From an uncultured Acidobacteriota bacterium (GTDB lineage: Bacteria > Acidobacteriota > Thermoanaerobaculia > Multivoradales > JAHEKO01), in the NCBI GenBank assembly GCA_963719055.1, contig CAVRAU010000008.1, positions 123,374-187,373 of the forward strand: a stretch of DNA of 64,000 nucleotides, written 5' to 3'. Shown here piece by piece: positions 34,816 to 45,068 of the stretch (within the stretch, counting starts at the first letter, position 1; each line of letters starts with the position of its first letter). Both the position numbers and the translations under genes were made by a program. Under the pieces are notes generated by a model. That model was not told where the DNA came from. It was given only the letters and a program-made list of their open reading frames with translations, and ran no database searches.

Positions 34816-35547
34816 TCAGGGCGCCAACAGAGATCGAAAGGACTCGAAGGAATCGAAGTAAAGAGGTCCCATCGTCAAGGGGTCCTGCGGATTGTCCGTA
34901 AATCCGCTGATCGCACCCATGTGGATCCAGTCCACCTCGTGCAGGTCGTTGTCCAGGTTGGTCCTTTCGCCGACCATGTTGGCGACATACTTGGAATTGC
35001 CCTGGAAGAGCCGGCAGATGCCGTCGCCGGCACCATCGGACGAGGCGGCTTGAAACTCGAGGGTCACCCATTTTCTCTGGGCCAGCTCACCGAGAACGAT
35101 GCCACCAATGTAGGCGAAGGAACCGCTGTCCTGACGGCAACCGAGACGGAAGGTGTAGCGGGGACCATCGGGTCCATCGACGGCGAGCCTTCCCATGATG
35201 CCGCGGAACACCGTGACCTGTCCGCCGCCGTTGTGATCGTCATCGGCACCTCGGAAGCTCACGAAGCGGGTCGCTTTGGTGCCGTTGTCGTTGTCCATGA
35301 AAAGCCCACCGCTGCGGTCGATCCAGAACTGAGCTCGGTAGATCGTTTCACCTTCGGGTGAGTTGTCCCGAACATAGGCCGGGTCCGTCGTACCAGCCTC
35401 CATCGTGATCTCCAAACCGAAATTCCCATCCTGCGCGGCGGCGCCGTTGACCACCAGGGTGTTGGCAAGCGCCGGCGACTGAACAACTACGAGAGCCAGA
35501 GCCAGGGCAAAAGCCACGCCGATTGCTTTGTACGATACTTTCTTCAT
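34816..35547 (-). CDS. Secreted beta-sandwich protein of unknown function
   Basis: Sec signal ending ALA; L.V.GAAA..G.FGL, YV.D.SP..E..YRA.F, C-terminal LYFDSFES; RBS and own terminator. Confidence 0.8.
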   Translation of the reverse strand: MKKVSYKAIGVAFALALALVVVQSPALANTLVVNGAAAQDGNFGLEITMEAGTTDPAYVRDNSPEGETIYRAQFWIDRSGGLFMDNDNGTKATRFVSFRGADDDHNGGGQVTVFRGIMGRLAVDGPDGPRYTFRLGCRQDSGSFAYIGGIVLGELAQRKWVTLEFQAASSDGAGDGICRLFQGNSKYVANMVGERTNLDNDLHEVDWIHMGAISGFTDNPQDPLTMGPLYFDSFESFRSLLAP

Positions 35548-35616
35548 TTTCTGTGAGTCCTCCCTCAAATTGCGAGAATCAATGATTCTTGTCTTCTGAT
35601 CCGTATATGCGTCAGG

Positions 35617-36189
35617 TCAAGAGTGATCGTTCCAGGCTGCCAATCCTCCGACCTCTAATCCACTGCGAAAAATCATATCGGGACTTCTCTCTTCTGCGAC
35701 GCCATGAATGTCGTCCCGAAATCCCTCTCCCTCCACCCCCACCAGAACGGTGAGTCCAAGGGGTTGAGCCTCGGTCGCCATCTCGAATCCTTCCGCGAGA
35801 ATCAGGTCGGGATCAGCGATCTCGGCGGCTGAATGTCCGGACAGGCCGGCGACGGGACTGTCCGCGAGCTCTCTACTCTCTTGACTGTCCGGAGTATCTG
35901 AGGCGAAGATCAAAACCCCAACTGCCAGAGCTACGGTCGCGGCAGCGACCAGATAGTCCCTGCGAACCCTTCTCTGGCGCTGCGGCGGCGCGAACGCTCG
36001 AAGAGCCTGCTCGACGCTCGCATCGACCTCTGGGAAGCGCTGTCCGTCCAGCTCTGCCGTCCACCAGGCCGCGCAATGCGCACACTCCGTGCGGATCAGC
36101 TCCGCACGAGCAGCCTCACCTGGATTGACGAGACCTCTCGCCAGGTGCAGGACGGTATCGGCATGTTCAGGACAATTGACACTCTTCAT
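35617..36189 (-). CDS. Putative membrane anti-sigma factor (ZAS-like)
   Basis: N-terminal C...CxxC, one TM helix, acidic periplasmic tail; directly downstream of an ECF sigma gene. Confidence 0.72.
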   Translation of the reverse strand: MKSVNCPEHADTVLHLARGLVNPGEAARAELIRTECAHCAAWWTAELDGQRFPEVDASVEQALRAFAPPQRQRRVRRDYLVAAATVALAVGVLIFASDTPDSQESRELADSPVAGLSGHSAAEIADPDLILAEGFEMATEAQPLGLTVLVGVEGEGFRDDIHGVAEERSPDMIFRSGLEVGGLAAWNDHS

Positions 36190-36193
36190 TTGT

Positions 36194-36224
36194 CTATAAG
36201 ACGCGCGAACTGTCGAAAGGTAAC
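36194..36224 (-). promoter_or_regulatory. ECF-type promoter between the sigma and anti-sigma genes
   Basis: Minus strand GTTACC-N15-CGTCTTATAG just before the anti-sigma ATG; resembles ECF -35/-10 boxes. Confidence 0.55.
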
Positions 36225-36234
36225 GCCTGTGAGA

Positions 36235-36791
36235 TCACTCACTTTCTCGGATCTCATCCAGACGACGTCGAAGCCGCTTGCGGATTCTCATGATCCGCAT
36301 CTTCATCGCATTCTCGGAAACGCCCAAGCGGTCCGCAATCTCGCGAACCGACGCGCCAGCCGCTCGCTCTTCCAGGAGGGCGACGATTGGCATCGTCCTC
36401 GGCCGACAGGGCCGCCACTCATCTCTTGAATCTCTGCCCGGCGCTCGGTATCCCGACCCGGGTCTTCCGGGCTCACCAACTGCGCGGCCGACTCGAGGCT
36501 CTCCTCGCGGCGTACCGTCAGCCGACGCAGGTGGTCCCTGGCGGCGTTGGCGGCAATCTGGCGAATCCAGGGTGAGAACGACGTCGAGTCTCTCAACGAG
36601 TCGAGCCGGAGCCAGGCACGAAGGGCCGTATCCTGGGTGAGGTCCGCAGCCGTCTCCGCGGTGCGGATACCGCAGGCGATCAACGTCGAGGTAATCGAGT
36701 CACGGTGCTCCTCCAGCAGGTCGCGAAAGGAATCTTCGTTTCCCTCGCGAGCCTCGCGAATCAGCCGCGCGATTCGCACCTGGTCACGCAT
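36235..36791 (-). CDS. ECF RNA polymerase sigma factor (frameshifts near 36390-36420)
   Basis: Region 2 AADLTQD..L.AW..L, F..WI..IA.N..RD; region 4 S.REIADRLGVSENA.K.R..R in a shifted frame. Confidence 0.85.
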
Positions 36792-36880
36792 TACGAAGGA
36801 TTGTGGCACAAGTCAGCCCTGAACAGCCCGACCATGGCGGCGCTGTCGGCTGCCATGCAGCCCGCGATAAGATCGCTCAC

Positions 36881-38416
36881 GTGACACCCGAACACCAGAA
36901 TCCGCCTCTTGGCATCAACATCTTCGGCTACTTCTACGCCGAGAGCGGTATCGGTGAGCACTCGAGACAGCTGGTCGAGACTGTGCGGCAGTCCGGAATA
37001 CCTTATGTGGCCGTCCCCTACACCCGGACACTGACCCGGCAACAGCAACTCTTCGAGGATCCCCACCTCGGGGCACCGAGATTCCCCATCAACATCGTTT
37101 CGGTGAACGCTGACGAGCTCCCACACTTCGCGGCCGATGTCGGAGAGGGCTTTTTGGAATCCAGATACACGATCGGCCTGTGGGCCTGGGAGATCGAGGA
37201 CTTCCCGCGCTCTATGGCGCGGAGTCACCGGTATCTCGACGAGATCTGGGCCAATAGCAGCTTCTCGGCGGAGGCGATCCAGAAGAAGGTCGACTGCCCT
37301 GTCTATCCCTTTCCTCTGCCGGTGTCCGTACCCGAGCTCGAGGCACCCCCACGGCAAGAGCTGGATCTCCCAGAGGGCTTTATCTTCCTCTTCTGCTTCG
37401 ATTTCGACAGCATCTTCGAGCGCAAGAATCCGACAGCGGTGGTCAGAGCCTTTCTCGAGGCCTTCCCCGACGACGACCAGGTCTACCTGCAGATCAAATC
37501 CATCAATGGATCCAAGGCTCCCGAGAAGCTTCAACTGCTCCGCTCCGCGACCGCTGGGGATCCGCGGATCTCGATCGTCGATGGATACTGGGAGTCCAAG
37601 CGGGTCCGAGCCTTGATGGCCTCTTGTGATGCCTACCTGTCTTTGCACCGTGCAGAGGGCTTCGGCCTGACCATGGCCGAGGCCATGGCATACGGCAAGC
37701 CGGTCGTCGCCACGGGGTATTCCGGCAATCTCGACTTCATGAACGATCGCAACAGCTACCTGGTGACGCCGCGCATGATCGCGGTGACGGAAGGATGCGA
37801 GCCGTATCCAAGGGGGGCCCTCTGGGCGGACCCCGACGTCTCCGAAGCCGCACGTCTGATGCGCCACATCCTCTCGACCCCAGCCGAAGCCCGAGAAAAA
37901 GCCGCCCTGGGCCGGGCAGACATCGAGCAGCACCACAGCCCCGCTGCTCGGTCTCGCTTCGTGCGAAAACGCATCGAGGACATATCCAGTCACCTGGCCC
38001 AGTCGATGCTCTCAGCAGAGCTCCCCGGCCTCGACCCTGGCTTTCAATCGGAGCTGCCCTCTCACGTTGTCGAGGACGTCCCCTCTGTCGCCGGTTTTGT
38101 CGGCGCCCAGGCGACAGGGGAATCCGACGCGATCGCCCACCTCTCGGCACGCCTCGAAGAGGGACCCGATCTGCGACGGGCGACCGGTTTGGGCCAGCCC
38201 GGTCTCTGGCTGCGCCGGCTGATCTTCCGCTTGCTACGCAACTACCATCTCTATCAGCTGGAAACAGGCCGGTCCAGCCTGCTGGTCCTGCGGGAGCTCG
38301 ATCAGGCATTGAGAGAATCCCGCCAACAACTCGAAGACCTCGGACAGCGAGTCACGCGGCTCGAGCGGCAGCTAGATCTTCGACCCGACCCCGACAATTC
38401 CCAGAAGAATGACTGA
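36881..38416 (+). CDS. GT4 glycosyltransferase with C-terminal amphipathic helix and coiled coil
   Basis: ESG.GE..R, IG.WAWE, ERKNP, SLHRAEGFGL..AEAM..GKPVVAT.YSGN.DF. Confidence 0.88.
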   Translation: MTPEHQNPPLGINIFGYFYAESGIGEHSRQLVETVRQSGIPYVAVPYTRTLTRQQQLFEDPHLGAPRFPINIVSVNADELPHFAADVGEGFLESRYTIGLWAWEIEDFPRSMARSHRYLDEIWANSSFSAEAIQKKVDCPVYPFPLPVSVPELEAPPRQELDLPEGFIFLFCFDFDSIFERKNPTAVVRAFLEAFPDDDQVYLQIKSINGSKAPEKLQLLRSATAGDPRISIVDGYWESKRVRALMASCDAYLSLHRAEGFGLTMAEAMAYGKPVVATGYSGNLDFMNDRNSYLVTPRMIAVTEGCEPYPRGALWADPDVSEAARLMRHILSTPAEAREKAALGRADIEQHHSPAARSRFVRKRIEDISSHLAQSMLSAELPGLDPGFQSELPSHVVEDVPSVAGFVGAQATGESDAIAHLSARLEEGPDLRRATGLGQPGLWLRRLIFRLLRNYHLYQLETGRSSLLVLRELDQALRESRQQLEDLGQRVTRLERQLDLRPDPDNSQKND

Positions 38417-40007
38417 GCCCTGTGCCTGCACGATCGTCTCGAACAACTACCTGGCTTTCGCCAGGGTTCTGGCCGACTCGGTGCTCGAAAGCCACCCGGA
38501 CATGGAGATCTTCGTCCTGGTCGTCGACGAGCCCGCCCCTGCCATCGACTACTCCGCCGAGCGATTCCAGGTGGTGTTTGCCGACGAGCTCGAGATCCCC
38601 CGATTCCATCATTTCGCCTTCAAGTACTCGCTTCTCGAGTTGAACACCGCGGTCAAGCCCTACTTCCTCGAGTACCTGCACAAGACTCGAGGAAAAGCGG
38701 CTGTTCTCTACTTCGACCCGGACATCAAGGTACTTGGCGCTCTGACGCCACTTTTCGACGCTCTCGATCAAAGCAACCTCCTCCTGACGCCTCATCTTCT
38801 CGAGCCCCTCGAGGACGAGTTCCGGCCCTCGGAGCGCAACATCCTGATGTCCGGTGTCTACAATCTGGGTTTCCTGGGTCTCAGGTTCAACGACCGTACC
38901 CTCGATTTTCTGGACTGGTGGCAGAGACGCCTCTACTCCTACTGCCTCCATCGAATCTCCGATGGGCTGTTCGTCGATCAGCGGTGGATGGACCTGGCCC
39001 CCTGTCTGGTGCCAGACGTGGAGGTCGTGCGGGATCCTGGCTACAACGTTGCCTACTGGAACCTCGCCAACCGGCACCTCGAGCATGGAGAGCAGGGCTG
39101 GCTCGTCAATGGCGCACCCCTCCGCTTCTTTCATTTCAGCGGACTAGTGCTCGACGACCTGGAACAGGTTTCGAAATACCAGGACCGTTACAAGCTCAAG
39201 GATCGACCCGATCTCAAAACGCTGTTTACGGAATACCGGCAGGACATCGTGCGGGCCGGATGGGAGCAGACAAAGGACGTTCCCTTCGCCTATGGGCGGT
39301 TCCGCGGTGGCCCTCGAGTCCCAGATCTGGCGCGCACGGAGATGTGGCGAGTCGACTCCACCGGTGACCGTTGGCCCGATCCTTTCGCCATGGAGGGTTC
39401 CGATTCCTACTACTCGTGGTTGAGCGACAAGGTGAGAGCGGAGGCAGGCTTGGCCTGGTTACCGCGGATGGCCCTTGTCCTCTGGGAGCATCGGCCAGAT
39501 CTCCAGGGGGCCTTTCCTGCACCGCTGGATACGGATCACAACCATTACGTCCGCTGGCTCTTGTCGGACGAGCCCCGAGCGGCGGGAGTCGAAGCCGACT
39601 TCTTCCGCGAGCTCGAGTCCATCGATCTTTTGCGGACCGACTCTGGTGAACAGTCGCCCGACGGCGATCAGAGCCGGGATCTCGACCTTCTGTCCGTCGA
39701 CACGCAGTTCGACGCCGACGCCAGTCCGAGACTTCCAAGAATCGCGATGCTGATCTGGGAGAAGAGACCTGACTTGCAGGAGGCTTTTCAGGCACCACTG
39801 GGGCAGTCGAGAGCCGGCTTTGCTCGCTGGTTCGTCACCTTCGCCCGCGTGGAGTATCAACTGCCTCGAGCGCTCTGGTCGCCGACTCTTCACAGTCTGA
39901 GGCTGTCGGAACGCGCGCGAGCCCGCGCTTGGTGGTGGTTTCATCGAACCCGTGGCAAGAGCATCGACACGAGAGGCTCGTGGCGCGATTTTCGTCCTCA
40001 GGCCTAG
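38409..40007 (+). CDS. GT-A fold glycosyltransferase with duplicated W..RPDLQ.AF repeats
   Basis: CTIVSNNYL..ARVL, ELNTAVKP, YFDPDI, G.YNLGF, DQ.W.D, YNVAYWNL. Confidence 0.82.
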   Translation: MTEPCACTIVSNNYLAFARVLADSVLESHPDMEIFVLVVDEPAPAIDYSAERFQVVFADELEIPRFHHFAFKYSLLELNTAVKPYFLEYLHKTRGKAAVLYFDPDIKVLGALTPLFDALDQSNLLLTPHLLEPLEDEFRPSERNILMSGVYNLGFLGLRFNDRTLDFLDWWQRRLYSYCLHRISDGLFVDQRWMDLAPCLVPDVEVVRDPGYNVAYWNLANRHLEHGEQGWLVNGAPLRFFHFSGLVLDDLEQVSKYQDRYKLKDRPDLKTLFTEYRQDIVRAGWEQTKDVPFAYGRFRGGPRVPDLARTEMWRVDSTGDRWPDPFAMEGSDSYYSWLSDKVRAEAGLAWLPRMALVLWEHRPDLQGAFPAPLDTDHNHYVRWLLSDEPRAAGVEADFFRELESIDLLRTDSGEQSPDGDQSRDLDLLSVDTQFDADASPRLPRIAMLIWEKRPDLQEAFQAPLGQSRAGFARWFVTFARVEYQLPRALWSPTLHSLRLSERARARAWWWFHRTRGKSIDTRGSWRDFRPQA

Positions 40008-42698
40008 GTGAGTGAAGGTATGAAATACCCGCCCGAGCTGTTTCGAGACGATTACAATCTGGATGCGCTCCAACGCATCCGGCCTCCCGGGCACCGATTC
40101 GAGCTTTTCGTCACACCGCGATTCGTCAGTCGCTATGCGGATCACCGATTCGAGCCTCTGACCTCGGCCCTGATCCGCTCCGTCTCCCGTCGCAAGAAGA
40201 TCTTCATCGATGTGGGGGCCCACTATGGGTTCTTCACCATCCTGGCAGGACTCGAGAACACCCAGCTAGAAGTCCATGCCCTGGAGCCGATTCCGGAGAA
40301 CATGGAGATCCTGCGTCGGAACCTGGAGCTCAATGAGTTGTCGGCGATTCGCTGCCATGAAAAGGCAGCCTCCAATCGAGTCGGCCAGGCGCAGTTTCAG
40401 AAATCCCGCGCCGCCGACAACTCCGGTTTCCAGACCCATCCCGAGGTACCCCGGTTGGCCGAGATCGAGGTCGAGACCCTGACCCTGTCGACGTTGCTCG
40501 ACAGCCGTGTCGCAGCTCCGCTGCTCGTCAAGATCGACACCGATGGGCATGAGGTCCCGATCCTCGAGGGTCTCGAAGCCAGCTTGTCCAAGTCCCAGGA
40601 TGTGACGCTCATCGTGGAGTTCAACCCGATCATGCAAAGGCAGGCGGGGTACGAACCCGAGGACCTGCTTGCCAAGCTCGGCGAGATGGGTTTCGCCACC
40701 TTTCTCTTGCAGGAGGAAGAGTACCGGCTCGTACCGATAGACCCCCGCTCCGACTGGTCGGCTCTTCTCGGCTCTGCCGGTTACGCCAATCTCTATTGTC
40801 GCCCCAAGGACGCGGTGGTGAATGTTTGTTTCTTGTCTCACTCCCATGCCCTGGCCGGCGCCGAACGCTCGTTGGCCGAACTGGTCGAACAGCTCGTGGA
40901 GTACCACGGGGCCGTGTGCAATGTGGTCATTCCAGGGGATGGGCCCCTCCGAGCCAGGATCGAGAACGCGGGAGCAGGCGTGATTCTGGCCGAGTACGGG
41001 TGGTGGTGTGGCAGCGACCGTCCGTCCGACGAAGTGATCCGGGAACGCCTGGGCGATGACCTGGCGCGATTTCTCGCGACCACCCTACCCGAGGTCGAGA
41101 GGACTCGACCTGATCTGATCTGTACGAACAGCATGGTAATCCCTTTTGGAGCCATTCTGGCCTCAATTCTCCATCGCCCCCACATCTGGAGCCTCCATGA
41201 ATATGGTGGGGAGCAGAACGGATACCAGTTCTATCTGCCGTTCGAGGAGGTCTTGAAGGTCGTGGCAGGGTTCTCGGACTTCATTTTCGGTGCCGGCCGA
41301 TCGCTGCTGCCGACCCTGTTCCCCGATATGGCGCAGGCGGACTACGACTTCCTATATCCACACATCCGCACCCCGGTGTTGCCAAAGCCGGGAGGCTCGC
41401 CTTGTACCTCCACTGAGGGTTCACCACCTCTCAAGCTGATCGAGCTCTCCTCGCTCACAAGATCCAAGCAACAGGAGACCGATCTGAGGGCCGTGGCCGA
41501 GCTGCTCCACCGGGGCCATGAGACGACGCTGCTTCTCAAAGGCCCGCAAGATGCGGAATACGTCGAATTCCTGGAACAACTCAGCCGATCCCTGAAGATC
41601 GCGGACCGCGTCACTTTCGAAGACTATTCAGAGGATATCTGGTCGGTTCTGGACGCTGCAGACGCCGTGTTGATATCGGCACCGACTCATTGTTTCGGAC
41701 GCATCGCTGTCGAGGGGATGCTGAGGGCCAAGCCCGTCGTCTACCCAGCTGGCACCGATATCGCGGAATACATGGAAGATGGCCTCACTGGACTGGGATA
41801 CGACGCTGGTAACCCCCATCAGATGGCCGATCAGATCGAGCGCTTGATCCTCGACCCCGCTTTGCGACATCAAATCGGTGCCGAGGCCCACCGGAAGGCG
41901 ACCGAGCTCTTCTCTCGAGAGGGATTCGCCGACAAGTTCCTGGAACAGGCTCGCAGGCTCAAAGCCTCGGAACCCGGTGATCGCCCCCCCCTTCCGAGAC
42001 CGGTGCTCGAAAGCCTCTTGACCGGGATCCAGCGATTGAGCCGTGAGAGCTTGGAGCTGCGCCACCAGGTCCAGGCAAGGTCGGAGGAACTCGCCCACGC
42101 GACGATCCTTGCCGCTTCCAGAGATCGTGAGATCACCGCTCTCCGCCCGGTACTCGCGGCCCGGGATCAGGAGTTGGCCAGCCTCAAGCCGATACTCGAG
42201 GCGCGCCAAAAGGAGCTTGCCGACCTCAACTCCCTACTCGTCGCCCGCGACGACGAGCTCGGTTCTGTCAAGCCTGCCCTCGAGGCCCGCAACGAGGAGC
42301 TGGCGGCGCTCAAGAACACCCTCGAGGAACGCCACAGGGAGCTTGCAGCCATCAAGCCCGTCCTCTCAGCGCGTGATGAGGAGCTTGCAGCCATCAAGCC
42401 CGTCCTCTCAGCGCGTGATGAGGAGCTCGCAGCCATCAAGCCCGTCCTCGCGGCACGGGAGGAGGAGATCGCCGCCACCAAACCCGTCCTCGCGGCACGG
42501 GAGGAGGAGATCGCCGCCACCAGACCCGTCCTCGCGGCACGGGAGGAGGAAATCGCCAACCTCGAGCTCTCCCGAGAGCACCAAGCCACAGAGATCCAAA
42601 ATCTGAGCGCTCATCTGGAAGGAGCCAGGGGAATCCTCGACCGCCTACGGCGCTCTCGTCTTGGCAGGCTGGCCCTTTGGATCACTCGCGAAAAATAG
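40008..42698 (+). CDS. FkbM methyltransferase - GT4 - coiled-coil fusion (WbdD-like chain terminator candidate)
   Basis: IDVGAHYG, KIDTDGHE; GAERS and FG...VEGM..KPVV GT4 motifs; 14-aa repeat coiled coil; amphipathic C-terminus. Confidence 0.85.
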   Translation: MSEGMKYPPELFRDDYNLDALQRIRPPGHRFELFVTPRFVSRYADHRFEPLTSALIRSVSRRKKIFIDVGAHYGFFTILAGLENTQLEVHALEPIPENMEILRRNLELNELSAIRCHEKAASNRVGQAQFQKSRAADNSGFQTHPEVPRLAEIEVETLTLSTLLDSRVAAPLLVKIDTDGHEVPILEGLEASLSKSQDVTLIVEFNPIMQRQAGYEPEDLLAKLGEMGFATFLLQEEEYRLVPIDPRSDWSALLGSAGYANLYCRPKDAVVNVCFLSHSHALAGAERSLAELVEQLVEYHGAVCNVVIPGDGPLRARIENAGAGVILAEYGWWCGSDRPSDEVIRERLGDDLARFLATTLPEVERTRPDLICTNSMVIPFGAILASILHRPHIWSLHEYGGEQNGYQFYLPFEEVLKVVAGFSDFIFGAGRSLLPTLFPDMAQADYDFLYPHIRTPVLPKPGGSPCTSTEGSPPLKLIELSSLTRSKQQETDLRAVAELLHRGHETTLLLKGPQDAEYVEFLEQLSRSLKIADRVTFEDYSEDIWSVLDAADAVLISAPTHCFGRIAVEGMLRAKPVVYPAGTDIAEYMEDGLTGLGYDAGNPHQMADQIERLILDPALRHQIGAEAHRKATELFSREGFADKFLEQARRLKASEPGDRPPLPRPVLESLLTGIQRLSRESLELRHQVQARSEELAHATILAASRDREITALRPVLAARDQELASLKPILEARQKELADLNSLLVARDDELGSVKPALEARNEELAALKNTLEERHRELAAIKPVLSARDEELAAIKPVLSARDEELAAIKPVLAAREEEIAATKPVLAAREEEIAATRPVLAAREEEIANLELSREHQATEIQNLSAHLEGARGILDRLRRSRLGRLALWITREK
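42075..42575 (+). repeat. Intragenic 42-bp (14-aa) tandem repeat, about 12 units
   Basis: ARDEELAAIKPVLS / AREEEIAATKPVLA units; near-identical DNA copies at about 42338-42557. Confidence 0.92.
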
Positions 42699-42752
42699 TA
42701 CGCTGCGGACTCGATATCTCTTGTTGATCTCGGTATTTTGAAGAGGAAACCC

Positions 42753-43635
42753 ATGGTGCACCACAAAGGGATCATCCTGGCCGGAGGTGCCGGCACTCGC
42801 CTACTGCCCTTGACCCGCGGCACCAGCAAGCAACTGATGGCCGTCTACGACAAGCCGATGATCTACTACCCGCTTTCGACATTGATGCACGCGGGTATCC
42901 GAGACATCCTGGTCATCACCACGCCGCGCGATCTGCAAGCCTTCCAGTCGTTCCTGGGCGATGGATCCCCATGGGGCATCTCGCTGAGCTACGCCATCCA
43001 GGACGAGCCGGAGGGCATCGCCCAGGCTTTTCTCATCGGTGAACGGTTCATCGGGAGTGATCCGGTGAGCTTGATTTTGGGCGACAACATCTTCTACGGC
43101 GAGGACCTGACCGAGAAACTGCAGAGCGCTGCCGGGCGCAGCTCAGGGGCGACGGTCTTTGGCTACTACGTCACCGACCCCGAGCGGTACGGCGTGGTCA
43201 GCTTCGACAGCAGTGGTCGGGCTCTCGATATTGAAGAGAAGCCGACGAGCCCCAAATCCCACTACGCGGTCACGGGTCTTTACTTCTACGACAACCAGGT
43301 GGTGGATATCGCCAAGAATCTGAAGCCGTCGGCCCGCGGCGAGCTAGAGATCACCGATGTCAATCGGGAATACCTCGAACAGGGTCAGCTGCTGGTGGAG
43401 ATCCTGGGGCGGGGCACGGCCTGGTTGGATACCGGCACGCAGGACTCACTGCTGGATGCGGCGGTCTTCGTCCGCGTGATCGAGAAACGCCAGGGTTTGA
43501 AGATCGCCTGCCCCGAAGAGATCGCCTTCCGGATGGGCTATCATCGATGCCGAGGCGCTGGAGACCCTGGCGAAGGGCTACCACGACAGCGGATACGGAT
43601 ACTACCTCCAAGGCGTTCTACAGGACGAACGGTGA
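42753..43635 (+). CDS. rfbA: Glucose-1-phosphate thymidylyltransferase (frameshift near 43541)
   Basis: [41 protein letters not shown]. Confidence 0.95.
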
Positions 43636-44189
43636 GCGCTCTCGAATTCACCTCCACGAGCATCGCCGATGTGGTGGAGATTGTGCCCCACGTCATCGAG
43701 GATCCACGAGGGTTCTTCATGGAGAGCTGGAACGCCCGCGCTTTTGCTCGCGGGGGCATCGACGCCAACTTCGTACAGGACAACCATTCCCGCTCCCGAC
43801 TTGGAATCCTGCGCGGTTTGCACTATCAAATCCAACAAGCCCAGGGAAAACTCGTCAGGGTGGTGCGCGGCGAGGTCTTCGATGTCGCGGTCGATCTGCG
43901 CCGCAGCTCCGCCACCTTCGGCAAGTGGGTCGGCGTCCGGTTGTCGGCCGAGAGGCACAACATGCTCTGGGTGCCGCCCGGTTTCGCCCACGGCTTCTAT
44001 GTCACCAGTGACGTCGCCGACTTGCTCTACAAATGCACCGATTTCTACTCTCCGCAAGACGATCGAACTCTCCGATGGGATGATCCAGAGGTCGCGATCC
44101 GGTGGCCTCTGATCGACGGCAAGCCGCCCACAGTGTCCGCAAAGGACCATGCGGGCAAGAGCTTGCGGGACGCGGAGACCTGCGCGTGA
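43632..44189 (+). CDS. rfbC: dTDP-4-dehydrorhamnose 3,5-epimerase
   Basis: D.RGFF.E, FVQDNHS, LRGLHYQ, DVAVDLR, GFAHGF. Confidence 0.94.
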   Translation: MSALEFTSTSIADVVEIVPHVIEDPRGFFMESWNARAFARGGIDANFVQDNHSRSRLGILRGLHYQIQQAQGKLVRVVRGEVFDVAVDLRRSSATFGKWVGVRLSAERHNMLWVPPGFAHGFYVTSDVADLLYKCTDFYSPQDDRTLRWDDPEVAIRWPLIDGKPPTVSAKDHAGKSLRDAETCA

Positions 44190-45064
44190 AGGTGCTGATC
44201 ACCGGCGCCGGCGGCCAACTTGGACAGGAGCTGCAGGCGACCTGCCCGGAAGATGTCACCTTGATCGCCTGCGGGCGAAGTCGAATGGATATCACCCGGG
44301 AGGACGAGATCCGTGGAGTGCTCGGCGAGACTCGTCCCGATTTGATTGTCAACGCGGCCGCCTACACCGCTGTCGACCGCGCCGAGACGGATCGAGAGCT
44401 GGCCTTCGCCGTCAACGGCGAAGGACCCCACAGTCTGGCTCGAGGGGCGCTCGAGGTAGGAGCCAGGCTGATTCATTTCTCCACCGATTTCGTGTTCAGT
44501 GGTGACCAGGGCAGGCCCTACCAGCCCGACTCGGGGACCGATCCTCAGAGCGTCTACGGCGCCAGCAAACTAGCCGGAGAGAGCCTTGTTCTGGAGGTCT
44601 GCGAAAACAAAGGTCTGGTCGTCCGGACGTCCTGGGTGTACTCCCGCTTTGGCGGCAACTTCGTCGCCACCATGTTGCGTCTGATGTCCGAACGCGAGCA
44701 AGTCTCGGTGGTGATGGACCAGATCGGCACCCCGACCTGGACCCGGAGTCTGGCCGGTCTTGTCTGGGCCAGTCTCGGCCACCCCGAGATCCATGGCCTC
44801 TACCATTGGACCGACGCAGGTGTCGCTTCCTGGTACGACTTCGCAATTGCCATTCAGGAAGAAGCCCGGGCTCTGGGACTCCTGGCAGCTCCTTGTCGGG
44901 TGCTGCCCGTGACGACAGCAGAATTCCCCACCGCGGCCCATCGACCGCCCTACAGTGTCCTGGACACCACGGCGGCGCGCAACGATCTGGGTCTGACGGG
45001 CGTCCACTGGCGACGGCAGCTGAGGACCATGCTGCTCGAGATGAGAGAGCACGGAGAGAACTAG
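44186..45064 (+). CDS. rfbD: dTDP-4-dehydrorhamnose reductase
   Basis: [30 protein letters not shown]. Confidence 0.94.
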   Translation: MKVLITGAGGQLGQELQATCPEDVTLIACGRSRMDITREDEIRGVLGETRPDLIVNAAAYTAVDRAETDRELAFAVNGEGPHSLARGALEVGARLIHFSTDFVFSGDQGRPYQPDSGTDPQSVYGASKLAGESLVLEVCENKGLVVRTSWVYSRFGGNFVATMLRLMSEREQVSVVMDQIGTPTWTRSLAGLVWASLGHPEIHGLYHWTDAGVASWYDFAIAIQEEARALGLLAAPCRVLPVTTAEFPTAAHRPPYSVLDTTAARNDLGLTGVHWRRQLRTMLLEMREHGEN

Positions 45065-45068
45065 GGTA

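Noticed and set aside
42338-42557. Direct repeats as a CRISPR array
   Set aside because: In-frame tandem coding repeats with no unique spacers and no cas genes.
42738-44189. Apparent 483-aa RmlA-RmlC fusion
   Set aside because: One extra base near 43541 shifts rmlA into the rmlC frame. The natural RmlA tail and TGA (43633-43635) overlapping the rmlC GTG are visible in the other frame.
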